From contig OZ024743.1 of the NCBI GenBank assembly GCA_964016885.1, positions 135,966,001-136,030,000 on the forward strand: a stretch of DNA of 64,000 bases, given 5' to 3'. A program made the position numbers and the translations under genes. The stretch is from Eledone cirrhosa. Its lineage: Eukaryota. The notes under the pieces were generated by a model. That model saw only the letters and a list, made by a program, of their open reading frames with translations. It did no database searches and had not been told where the DNA came from. Positions 1 through 12,000 of this stretch are shown here, one piece after another. The first letter of the stretch is position 1. The number at the start of each line of letters is the position of its first letter.

Positions 1-2175
1 GCTGCTTGGTGTTTGATGCTTGGTGCTTGGTGTTTTGTGTTTGGTGCTTGGTGCTTGGTGTTTGGTGCTTGGTGCTTGGTGCTTGGTGTTTGTACTTGGT
101 GCTTGGTGTTTGGTGTTTGGTTCTTGGTTCTTGGTGTTTGGTACTTGGTGCTTGGTGCTTGGTGCTTGGTGTTAGGTATTTGGTGCTTGGTGCTTCGTGT
201 TTGGTGCTTGGTATTTGGTGTTTGCTGTTTGGAGTTTGGTGTTTGGTGTTTGGTTTTGCTGTCTGGTGTCTGCTTTTTGGTGTTTAGTGTTTGCTGTATG
301 GTGTTTGCTGTTTCGTGTTTGGTGTTTGCTGTTTGGTGTTTGGTCTTTGGTGCTTGGTGTTTGGTGCTTGGTGTTTGGTGTTTGGTGCTTGCTGCTTGGT
401 GTTTGGTGTTTGGTGCTTGGTGCTTGGTGTTTGGTGTTTAGTGTTTGGTGCTTGGTGTCTGGTGCTTGGTGTTTGGTGTTTGGTGCTTGGTGTTTGGTGT
501 TTGGTGATTGGTGCTTGGTGTTTGGTGTTTGCTGCTTGGTGTTTGATGCGTGGTGCTTGGTGTTTTGTGTTTGGTGCTTGGTGCTTGGTGTTTGCTGCTT
601 GGTTCTTGGTGCTTGGTGTTTGTACTTGGTGCTTGGTGCTTGGTGTTTGGTTCTTGGTTCTTGGTGTTTGGTACTTGGTGCTTGGTGTTTGGTGTTTGCT
701 GTTTGGTGTTTGGTGTTTGGTGTTTGGTGTTTGCTGTTTGGTGTCTGCTTTTTGGTGTTTAGTGTTTGCTGTATGGTGTTTGGTGTTTGCTGTTTGGTCT
801 TTGGTCTTTGGTGCTTGGTGTTTGGTGCTCGGTGCTTGGTGTTTGGTATTCGGTGCTTGCTGCTTGGTGTTTGGTGCTTGGTGTTTGGTGTTTGGTGTTT
901 GGTGCTTGGTGTCTGGTGCTTGGTGTTTGGTGCTTGGTGTTTGGTGTTTGGTGCTTGGTGTTTGGTGTTTGGTGTTTGGTGCTTGGTGCTTGGTGTTTGG
1001 TGTTTGGTGTTTGGTGCTTGGTGTCTGGTGCTTGGTGTTTGGTGTTTGGTGCTTGGTGTTTGGTGTTTGGTGTTTGTTGCTTGGTGCTTGGTGCTTGGTG
1101 TTTGGTGTTTGGTGTTTGGTGGTTGGTGCTTGGTGTTTGGTGCTTGGTGCTGAGTGGTTGGTGTTTGGTGCTTGGTGTTTGGTGCTGGGTGCTTGGTTTT
1201 TGGTCCTGGGTGCTTGGTGTTTGGTGCTTGGTGCTTGGTGCTTGGTGTTTGGTGCTTGGTGCTTGGTGTTTGGTGCTTGGTGCTTAGTGTTTGGTGCTAG
1301 GTGCTTGGTGTTTGGTGTTTGGTGTTTGGTGCTTGGTGTCTGGTGCTTGGTGTTTGGTGTTTGGTGATTGGTGTTTGGTGTTTGGTGTTTGGTGCTTGGT
1401 GCTTGGTGTTTGGTGTTTGGTGTTTGGTGCTTGGTGTTTGGTGCTTGGTGCTTGGTGTTTGGTGTTTGGTGCTTGGTGCTTGGTGCTTGGTGTTTGGTGT
1501 TTGGTGTTTGGTGCTTGGTGCTTGGTGTTTGGTGCTTGGTGCTGAGTGGTTGGTGTTTGGTGCTTGGTGTTTGGTGCTGGGTGCTTGGTTTTTGGTCCTG
1601 GGTGCTTGGTGTTTGGTGCTTGGTGCTTGGTGCTTGGTGTTTGGTGCTTGGTGCTTGGTGTTTGGTGCTTGGTGCTTAGTGTTTGGTGCTAGGTGCTTGG
1701 TGTTTGGTGCTTGGTGTTTGGTGCTTGGTGCTTGGTGTTTGGTGTTTGGTGTTTGGTGCTTGGTGCTTGGTGTTTGCTGTTTGCTGTTTGGTGTTTGTTG
1801 TTTGGTGTTTGTTGTTTGGTGTTTGCTGTTTGGTGTTTGGTGTTTGCTATTTGGTGTTTGGTGTTTGCTGTATGTTGTTTGCTGTTTGGTGTTTGGTGTT
1901 TGGTGTTTGGTGTTTGGTGTTTGGTGTTTGGTGCTTGGTGTTTGGTGCTTGGTGCTTGGTGTTTGGTGCCTGGTGCTTGGTGCTTGATGCTTGGTGTTTG
2001 GTTTTTGGTGCTTGGTGCTTGGTGCTTGGTCCTTGGTGTTTGGTGCTGGGTGCTTTGTGTTTGGTGCTTGGTGCTTGGTGCTTGGTGTTTGGTGTTTGCT
2101 GCTTGGTGTTTGATGCTTGGTGCTTGGTGCTTGGTGTTTTGTGTTTGGTGCTTGGTGCTTGGTGTTTGGTGCTTG

Positions 2176-5100
2176 GTGATTGGTGCTTGGTGTTTGGTGT
2201 TTGCTGCTTGGTGCTTGGTGCTTGGTGTTTCTACTTGGTGCTTGGTGCTTGGTGTTTGGTTCTTGGTTCTTGGTGTTTGGTACTTGGTGCTTGGTGCTTG
2301 ATGCTTGATGTTTGGTGTTTGGTGCTTGGTGTTTGGTGCTTGGTGGTTGGTGCTTGGTGCTTGGTGCTTGGTGTTAGGTATTTGGTGCTTGGTGCTTGGT
2401 GTTTGGTGCTTGGTGTTTGGTGTTTGCTGTTTGGTGTTTGGTGTTTGCTGTTTGGTGTTTGCTGTTTGGTGTTTGGTGTTTGCTGTTTGGTGTTTGGTCT
2501 TTGGTGCTTGGTGTTTGGTGCTTGGTGTTTGGTGTTTGGTGCTTGGTGCTTGGTGCTTGGTGTTTGGTGCTTGGTGCTTGGTGTTTTGTGTTTCGTGTTT
2601 GGTTTTTGGTGCTTGGTGCTTGGTGCTTGGTCCTTGGTGTTAGGTGCTGGGTGCTTTGTGTTTGGTGCTTGGTGCTTGGTGTTTGGTGTTTGCTGCTTGG
2701 TGCTTGATGCTTGGTGTTTGGTGCTTGGTGCTTGGTGCTTGGTGTTTGTACTTGGTGCTTAGTGCTTGGTGTTTGGTTCTTGGTTCTTGGTGTTTGGTGC
2801 TTGGCATTTGGTGTTTGGTGCTTGGTGCTTGGTGTTTGGTGCTTGGTGCTTGGTGTTTGGTGCCTGGTGCTTGGTGCTTGGTGCTTGGTGTTTGGAGTTT
2901 GGTGTTTGGTGCTTGGTGCTTGGTGCTTGGTCCTTGGTGTTTGGTGCTGGGTGCTTTGTGTTTGGTGATTGGTGCTTGGTGTTTGGTGTTTGCTGCTTGG
3001 TGTTTGATGCTTGGTGCTTGGTGTTTTGTGTTTGGTGCTTGGTGCTTGGTGTTTGGTGCTTGGTGCTTGGTGCTTGGTGTTTGTACTTGGTGCTTGGTGT
3101 TTGGTGTTTGGTTCTTGGTTCTTGGTGTTTGGTACTTGGTGCTTGGTGCTTGGTGCTTGGTGCTTGGTGTTAGGTATTTGGTGCTTGGTGCTTCGTGTTT
3201 GGTGCTTGGTGTTTGGTGTTTGCTGTTTGGAGTTTGCTGTTTGGTGTTTGGTTTTGCTGTCTGGTGTCTGCTTTTTGGTGTTTAGTGTTTGCTGTATGGT
3301 GTTTGCTGTTTCGTGTTTGGTGTTTGCTGTTTGGTGTTTGGTCTTTGGTGCTTGGTGTTTGGTGCTTGGTGTTTGGTGTTTGGTGCTTGCTGCTTGGTGT
3401 TTGGTGTTTGGTGCTTGGTGCTTGGTGTTTGGTGTTTAGTGTTTGGTGCTTGGTGTCTGGTGCTTGGTGTTTGGTGTTTGGTGCTTGGTGTTTGGTGTTT
3501 GGTGATTGGTGCTTGGTGTTTGGTGTTTGCTGCTTGGTGTTTGATGCTTGGTGCTTGGTGTTTTGTGTTTGGTGCTTGGTGCTTGGTGTTTGGTGCTTGA
3601 TGTTTGGTGTTTGGTGCTTGGTGTTTGGTGCTTGGTGCTTGGTGCTTGGTGCTTGGTGCTTGGTGCTTGGTGTTAGGTATTTGGTGCTTGGTGCTTGGTG
3701 TTTGGTGCTTGGTGTTTGGTGTTTGCTGTTTGGTGTTTGGTGTTTGCTGTTTGGTGTTTGCTGTTTGGTGTTTGGTGTTTGCTGTTTGGTGTTTGGTCTT
3801 TGGTGCTTGGTGTTTGGTGCTTGGTGTTTGGTGTTTGGTGCTTGGTGCTTGGTGTTTGGTGTTTGGTGCTTGGTGCCTGGTGTTTGGTGTTTGGTGTTTG
3901 GTGTTTGGTGTTTGGTGTTTGGTGTTTGGTGCTTGGTGTTTGGTGCTTGGTGCTTGGTGTTTGGTGCCTGGTGCTTGGTGCTTGATGCTTGGTGTTTGGT
4001 TTTTGGTGCTTGGTGCTTGGTGCTTGGTCCTTGGTGTTTGGTGCTGGGTGCTTTGTGTTTGGTGCTTGGTGCTTGGTGCTTGGTGTTTGGTGTTTGCTGC
4101 TTGGTGTTTGATGCTTGGTGCTTGGTGCTTGGTGTTTTGTGTTTGGTGCTTGGTGCTTGGTGTTTGGTGCTTGGTGCTTGGTGCTTGGTGTTTGTACTTG
4201 GTGCTTGGTGCTTGGTGTTTGGTTCTTGGTTCTTGGTGTTTGGTGTTTTGCGTTTGGTGTTTGGTGCTTGGTGTTTGGTGCTTGGTGCTTGGTGTTTGGT
4301 GCCTGGTGCTTGGTGCTTGGTGCTTGGTGTTTGGTGTTTGGTGCTTGGTGCTTGGAGTTTGGTGTTTGGTGCTTGGTGCTTGGTGCTTGGTCCTTGGTGT
4401 TTGGTGCAGGGTGCTTTGTGTTTGGTGATTGGTGCTTGGTGTTTGGTGTTTGCTGCTTGGTGCTTGGTGCTTGGTGTTTCTACTTGGTGCTTGGTGCTTG
4501 GTGTTTGGTTCTTGGTTCTTGGTGTTTGGTACTTGGTGCTTGGTGCTTGGTGCTTGATGTTTGGTGTTTGGTGCTTGGTGTTTGGTGCTTGGTGGTTGGT
4601 GCTTGGTGCTTGGTGCTTGGTGTTAGGTATTTGGTGCTTGGTGCTTGGTGTTTGGTGCTTGGTGTTTGGTGTTTGCTGTTTGGTGTTTGGTGTTTGCTGT
4701 TTGGTGTTTGCTGTTTGGTGTTTGGTGTTTGCTGTTTGGTGTTTGGTCTTTGGTGCTTGGTGTTTGGTGCTTGGTGTTTGGTGTTTGGTGCTTGGTGCTT
4801 GGTGCTTGGTGTTTGGTGCTTGGTGCTTGGTGTTTTGTGTTTCGTGTTTGGTTTTTGGTGCTTGGTGCTTGGTGCTTGGTCCTTGGTGTTAGGTGCTGGG
4901 TGCTTTGTGTTTGGTGCTTGGTGCTTGGTGTTTGGTGTTTGCTGCTTGGTGCTTGATGCTTGGTGTTTGGTGCTTGGTGCTTGGTGCTTGGTGTTTGTAC
5001 TTGGTTCTTAGTGCTTGGTGTTTGGTTCTTGGTTCTTGGTGTTTGGTGCTTGGCATTTGGTGTTTGGTGCTTGGTGCTTGGTGTTTGGTGCTTGGTGCTT

Positions 5101-6006
5101 GGTGTTTGGTGCCTGGTGCTTGGTGCTTGGTGCTTGGTGTTTGGAGTTTGGTGTTTGGTGCTTGGTGCTTGGTGCTTGGTCCTTGGTGTTTGGTGCTGGG
5201 TGCTTTGTGTTTGGTGATTGGTGCTTGGTGTTTGGTGTTTGCTGCTTGGTGTTTGATGCTTGGTGCTTGGTGTTTTGTGTTTGGTGCTTGGTGCTTGGTG
5301 TTTGGTGCTTGGTGCTTGGTGCTTGGTGTTTGTACTTGGTGCTTGGTGTTTGGTGTTTGGTTCTTGGTTCTTGGTGTTTGGTACTTGGTGCTTGGTGCTT
5401 GGTGCTTGGTGCTTGGTGTTAGGTATTTGGTGCTTGGTGCTTCGTGTTTGGTGCTTGGAGTTTGGTGTTTGCTGTTTGGAGTTTGCTGTTTGGTGTTTGG
5501 TTTTGCTGTCTGGTGTCTGCTTTTTGGTGTTTAGTGTTTGCTGTATGGTGTTTGCTGTTTCGTGTTTGGTGTTTGCTGTTTGGTGTTTGGTCTTTGGTGC
5601 TTGGTGTTTGGTGCTTGGTGTTTGGTGTTTGGTGCTTGCTGCTTGGTGTTTGGTGTTTGGTGCTTGGTGCTTGGTGTTTGGTGTTTAGTGTTTGGTGCTT
5701 GGTGTCTGGTGCTTGGTGTTTGGTGTTTGGTGCTTGGTGTTTGGTGTTTGGTGATTGGTGCTTGGTGTTTGGTGTTTGCTGCTTGGTGTTTGATGCTTGG
5801 TGCTTGGTGTTTTGTGTTTGGTGCTTGGTGCTTGGTGTTTGGTGCTTGATGTTTGGTGTTTGGTGCTTGGTGTTTGGTGCTTGGTGCTTGGTGCTTGGTG
5901 CTTGGTGCTTGGTGCTTGGTGTTAGGTATTTGGTGCTTGGTGCTTGGTGTTTGGTGCTTGGTGTTTGGTGTTTGCTGTTTGGTGTTTGGTGTTTGCTGTT
6001 TGGTGT
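2176..6006 (+). repeat. Direct duplication of a ~1.58-kb block (2176-3757 / 4425-6006, offset 2249 bp)
   Basis: Same order of rare variants. ORF-track pairs 2396/4645, 2644/4893, 2711/4960, 2766/5015 and 3289/5538 all differ by 2249. Confidence 0.9.
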
Positions 6007-9000
6007 TTGGTCTTTGGTGCTTGGTGTTTGGTGCTTGGTGTTTGGTGTTTGGTGCTTGGTGCTTGGTGTTTGGTGTTTGGTGCTTGGTGCCTGGTGTTTG
6101 GTGTTTGGTGTTTGGTGCTTGGTGTCTGGTGCTTGGTGTTTGGTGCTTGGTGTTTGGTGTTTGGTGCTTGGTGCTTGGTGTTTGGTGTTTGGTGCTTGGT
6201 GTTTGGTGTTTGGTGCTTGTTGCTTGGTGCTTGATGTTTGGTGCTTGGTGCTTGGTGTTTGGTGCTGGGTGCTTGGTGCTTGTTATTTGGTTTTTGGTGC
6301 TTGGTGCTTGGTGTTTGGTGTTTGGTGTTTGGTGTTATATGCTTGGTGTTTGATGCTTGGTGCTTGGTGCTTGGTGTTTGGTGTTTGGTGTTTGGTGCTT
6401 GGTGCTTGGTGTTTGGTGCTTGGTGCTGAGTGGTTGGTGTTTGGTGCTTGGTGTTTGGTGCTGGGTGCTTGGTGTTTGGTGCTGGGTGCTTGGTGTTTGG
6501 TGCTTGGTGCTTGGTCTTTGGTGCTTGGTGTTTGGTGCTTGGTGCTTGGTGCTTGGTGTTTGGTGCTTGGTGCTTGGTGTTTGGTGCTTGGTGCTTGGTG
6601 TTTGCTGTTTGCTGTTTGGTGTTTGTTGTTTGGTGTTTGTTGTTTGGTGTTTGCTGTTTGGTGTTTGGTGTTTGCTTTTTGGTGTTTGGTGTTTGCTGTA
6701 TGTTGTTTGCTGTTTGGTGTTTGGTGTTTGGTGCCTGGTGCTTGGTGCTTGGTGCTTGGTGTTTGGTGTTTGGTGCTTGGTGCTTGGTGCTTGGTGTTTG
6801 GTGCTTGGTGCTTGGTGTTTTGTGTTTCGTGTTTGGTTTTTGGTGCTTGGTGCTTGGTGCTTGGTCCTTGGTGTTAGGTGCTGGGTGCTTTGTGTTTGGT
6901 GCTTGGTGCTTGGTGTTTGGTGTTTGCTGCTTGGTGCTTGATGCTTGGTGTTTGGTGCTTGGTGCTTGGTGCTTGGTGTTTGTACTTGGTGCTTGGTGCT
7001 TGGTGTTTGGTTCTTGGTTCTTGGTGTTTGGTGTTTGGCATTTGGTGTTTGGTGCTTGGTGCTTGGTGTTTGGTGCTTGGTGCTTGGTGTTTGGTGCCTG
7101 GTGCTTGGTGCTTGGTGCTTGGTGTTTGGAGTTTGGTGTTTGGTGCTTGGTGCTTGGTGCTTGGTCCTTGGTGTTTGGTGCTGGGTGCTTTGTGTTTGGT
7201 GATTGGTGCTTGGTGTTTGGTGTTTGCTGCTTGGTGTTTGATGCTTGGTGCTTGGTGTTTTGTGTTTGGTGCTTGGTGCTTGGTGTTTGGTGCTTGGTGC
7301 TTGGTGCTTGGTGTTTGTATTTGGTGCTTGGTGTTTGGTGTTTGGTTCTTGGTTCTTGGTGTTTGGTACTTGGTGCTTGGTGCTTGGTGCTTGGTGTTAG
7401 GTATTTGGTGCTTGGTGCTTCGTGTTTGGTGCTTGGTGTTTGGTGTTTGCTGTTTGGAGTTTGGTGTTTGGTGTTTGGTTTTGCTGTCTGGTGTCTGCTT
7501 TTTGGTGTTTAGTGTTTGCTGTATGGTGTTTGCTGTTTCGTGTTTGGTGTTTGCTGTTTGGTGTTTGGTCTTTGGTGCTTGGTGTTTGGTGCTTGGTGTT
7601 TGGTGTTTGGTGCTTGCTGCTTGGTGTTTGGTGTTTGGTGCTTGGTGCTTGGTGTTTGGTGTTTAGTGTTTGGTGCTTGGTGTCTGGTGCTTGGTGTTTG
7701 GTGTTTGGTGCTTGGTGTTTGGTGTTTGGTGATTGGTGCTTGGTGTTTGGTGTTTGCTGCTTGGTGTTTGATGCTTGGTGCTTGGTGTTTTGTGTTTGGT
7801 GCTTGGTGCTTGGTGTTTGGTTCTTGGTTCTTGGTGTTTGGTACTTGGTGCTTGGTGTTTGGTGTTTGCTGTTTGGTGTTTGGTGTTTGGTGTTTGGTGT
7901 TTGCTCTTTGGTGTCTGCTTTTTGGTGTTTAGTGTTTGCTGTATGGTGTTTGGTGTTTGCTGTTTGGTGTTTGGTCTTTGGTGCTTGGTGTTTGGTGCTC
8001 GGTGCTTGGTGTTTGGTATTCGGTGCTTGCTGCTTGGTGTTTGGTGCTTGGTGTTTGGTGTTTGGTGTTTGGTGCTTGGTGTCTGGTGCTTGGTGTTTGG
8101 TGCTTGGTGTTTGGTGTTTGGTGCTTGGTGTTTGGTGTTTGGTGTTTGGTGCTTGGTGCTTGGTGTTTGGTGTTTGGTGTTTGGTGCTTGGTGTCTGGTG
8201 CTTGGTGTTTGGTGTTTGGTGCTTGGTGTTTGTTGTTTGGTGTTTGTTGCTTGGTGCTTGGTGCTTGGTGTTTGGTGTTTGGTGTTTGGTGCTTGGTGCT
8301 TGGTGTTTGGTGCTTGGTGCTGAGTGGTTGGTGTTTGGTGCTTGGTGTTTGGTGCTGGGTGCTTGGTTTTTGGTCCTGGGTGCTTGGTGTTTGGTGCTTG
8401 GTGCTTGGTGCTTGGTGTTTGGTGCTTGGTGCTTTGTGTTTGGTGCTTGGTGCTTAGTGTTTGGTGCTAGGTGCTTGGTGTTTGGTGCTTGGTGTTTGGT
8501 GCTTGGTGCTTGGTGTTTGGTGTTTGGTGTTTGGTGCTTGGTGTTTGGTGCTTGGTGCTTGGTGTTTGGTGTTTGGTGCTTGGTGCTTGGTGCTTGGTGT
8601 TTGGTGTTTGGTGTTTGGTGCTTGGTGCTTGGTGTTTGGTGCTTGGTGCTGAGTGGTTGGTGTTTGGTGCTTGGTGTTTGGTGCTGGGTGCTTGGTTTTT
8701 GGTCCTGGGTGCTTGGTGTTTGGTGCTTGGTGCTTGGTGCTTGGTGTTTGGTGCTTGGTGCTTGGTGTTTGGTGCTTGGTGCTTAGTGTTTGGTGCTAGG
8801 TGCTTGGTGTTTGGTGCTTGGTGTTTGGTGCTTGGGGCTTGGTGTTTGGTGCTTGGTGCTTGGTGCTTGGTGTTTGTACTTGGTGCTTGGTGTTTGGTGT
8901 TTGGTTCTTGGTTCTTGGTGTTTGGTACTTGGTGCTTGGTGCTTGGTGCTTGGTGCTTGGTGTTAGGTATTTGGTGCTTGGTGCTTCGTGTTTGGTGCTT

Positions 9001-12000
9001 GGTGTTGTGTGTTTGCTGTTTGGAGTTTGCTGTTTGGTGTTTGGTTTTGCTGTCTGGTGTCTGCTTTTTGGTGTTTAGTGTTTGCTGTATGGTGTTTGCT
9101 GTTTCGTGTTTGGTGTTTGCTGTTTGGTGTTTGGTCTTTGGTGCTTGGTGTTTGGTGCTTGGTGTTTGGTGTTTGGTGCTTGCTGCTTGGTGTTTGGTGT
9201 TTGGTGCTTGGTGCTTAGTGTTTGGTGTTTAGTGTTTGGTGCTTGGTGTCTGGTGCTTGGTGTTTGGTGTTTGGTGCTTGGTGTTTGGTGTTTGGTGATT
9301 GGTGCTTGGTGTTTGGTGTTTGCTGCTTGGTGTTTGATGCTTGGTGCTTGGTGTTTTGTGTTTGGTGCTTGGTGCTTGGTGTTTGGTGCTTGATGTTTGA
9401 TGTTTGGTGTTTGGTGCTTGGTGTTTGGTGCTTGGTGCTTGGTGCTTGGTGCTTGGTGCTTGGTGTTAGGTATTTGGTGCTTGGTGCTTGGTGTTTGGTG
9501 CTTGGTGCTTGGTGTTTGGTGTTTGCTGTTTGGTGTTTGGTGTTTGCTGTTTGGTGTTTGCTGTTTGGTGTTTGGTGTTTGCTGTTTGGTGTTTGGTCTT
9601 TGGTGCTTGGTGTTTGGTGCTTGGTGTTTGGTGTTTGGTGCTTGGTGCTTGGTGTTTGGTGTTTGGTGCTTGGTGCCTGGTGTTTGGTGTTTGGTGTTTG
9701 GTGCTTGGTGTCTGGTGCTTGGTGTTTGGTGCTTGGTGTTTGGTGTTTGGTGCTTGGTGCTTGGTGTTTGGTGTTTGGTGCTTGGTGTTTGGTGTTTGGT
9801 GCTTGTTGCTTGGTGCTTGATGTTTGGTGCTTGGTGCTTGGTGTTTGGTGCTGGGTGCTTGGTGCTTGTTATTTGGTTTTTGGTGCTTGGTGCTTGGTGT
9901 TTGGTGTTTGGTGTTATATGCTTGGTGTTTGATGCTTGGTGCTTGGTGCTTGGTGTTTGGTGTTTGGTGTTTGGTGCTTGGTGCTTGGTGTTTGGTGCTT
10001 GGTGCTGAGTGGTTGGTGTTTGGTGCTTGGTGTTTGGTGCTGGGTGCTTGGTGTTTGGTGCTGGGTGCTTGGTGTTTGGTGCTTGGTGCTTGGTCTTTGG
10101 TGCTTGGTGTTTGGTGCTTGGTGCTTGGTGCTTGGTGTTTGGTGCTTGGTGCTTGGTGTTTGGTGCTTGGTGCTTGGTGTTTGCTGTTTGCTGTTTGGTG
10201 TTTGTTGTTTGATGTTTGTTGTTTGGCGTTTGCTGTTTGGTGTTTGGTGTTTGCTTTTTGGTGTTTGGTGTTTGCTGTATGTTGTTTGCTGTTTGGTGTT
10301 TGGTGTTTGGTGCCTGGTGCTTGGTGCTTGGTGCTTGGTGTTTGGTGTTTGGTGCTTGGTGCTTGGTGCTTGGTGTTTGGTGCTTGGTGCTTGGTGTTTT
10401 GTGTTTCGTGTTTGGTTTTTGGTGCTTGGTGCTTGGTGCTTGGTCCTTGGTGTTAGGTGCTGGGTGCTTTGTGTTTGGTGCTTGGTGCTTGGTGTTTGGT
10501 GTTTGCTGCTTGGTGCTTGATGCTTGGTGTTTGGTGCTTGGTGCTTGGTGCTTGGTGTTTGTACTTGGTGCTTGGTGCTTGGTGTTTGGTTCTTGGTTCT
10601 TGGTGTTTGGTGTTTGGCATTTGGTGTTTGGTGCTTGGTGCTTGGTGTTTGGTGCTTGGTGCTTGGTGTTTGGTGCCTGGTGCTTGGTGCTTGGTGCTTG
10701 GTGTTTGGAGTTTGGTGTTTGGTGCTTGGTGCTTGGTGCTTGGTCCTTGGTGTTTGGTGCTGGGTGCTTTGTGTTTGGTGATTGGTGCTTGGTGTTTGGT
10801 GTTTGCTGCTTGGTGTTTGATGCTTGGTGCTTGGTGTTTTGTGTTTGGTGCTTGGTGCTTGGTGTTTGGTGCTTGGTGCTTGGTGCTTGGTGTTTGTATT
10901 TGGTGCTTGGTGTTTGGTGTTTGGTTCTTGGTTCTTGGTGTTTGGTACTTGGTGCTTGGTGCTTGGTGCTTGGTGTTAGGTATTTGGTGCTTGGTGCTTC
11001 GTGTTTGGTGCTTGGTGTTTGGTGTTTGCTGTTTGGAGTTTGGTGTTTGGTGTTTGGTTTTGCTGTCTGGTGTCTGCTTTTTGGTGTTTAGTGTTTGCTG
11101 TATGGTGTTTGCTGTTTCGTGTTTGGTGTTTGCTGTTTGGTGTTTGGTCTTTGGTGCTTGGTGTTTGGTGCTTGGTGTTTGGTGTTTGGTGCTTGCTGCT
11201 TGGTGTTTGGTGTTTGGTGCTTGGTGCTTGGTGTTTGGTGTTTAGTGTTTGGTGCTTGGTGTCTGGTGCTTGGTGTTTGGTGTTTGGTGCTTGGTGTTTG
11301 GTGTTTGGTGATTGGTGCTTGGTGTTTGGTGTTTGCTGCTTGGTGTTTGATGCTTGGTGCTTGGTGTTTTGTGTTTGGTGCTTGGTGCTTGGTGTTTGGT
11401 TCTTGGTTCTTGGTGTTTGGTACTTGGTGCTTGGTGTTTGGTGTTTGCTGTTTGGTGTTTGGTGTTTGGTGTTTGGTGTTTGCTGTTTGGTGTCTGCTTT
11501 TTGGTGTTTAGTGTTTGCTGTATGGTGTTTGGTGTTTGCTGTTTGGTGTTTGGTCTTTGGTGCTTGGTGTTTGGTGCTCGGTGCTTGGTGTTTGGTATTC
11601 GGTGCTTGCTGCTTGGTGTTTGGTGCTTGGTGTTTGGTGTTTGGTGTTTGGTGCTTGGTGTCTGGTGCTTGGTGTTTGGTGCTTGGTGTTTGGTGTTTGG
11701 TGCTTGGTGTTTGGTGTTTGGTGTTTGGTGCTTGGTGCTTGGTGTTTGGTGTTTGGTGTTTGGTGCTTGGTGTCTGGTGCTTGATGTTTGGTGTTTGGTG
11801 CTTGGTGTTTGTTGTTTGGTGTTTGTTGCTTGGTGCTTGGTGCTTGGTGTTTGGTGTTTGGTGTTTGGTGCTTGGTGCTTGGTGTTTGGTGCTTGGTGCT
11901 GAGTGGTTGGTGTTTGGTGCTTGGTGTTTGGTGCTGGGTGCTTGGTTTTTGGTCCTGGGTGCTTGGTGTTTGGTGCTTGGTGCTTGGTGCTTGGTGTTTG

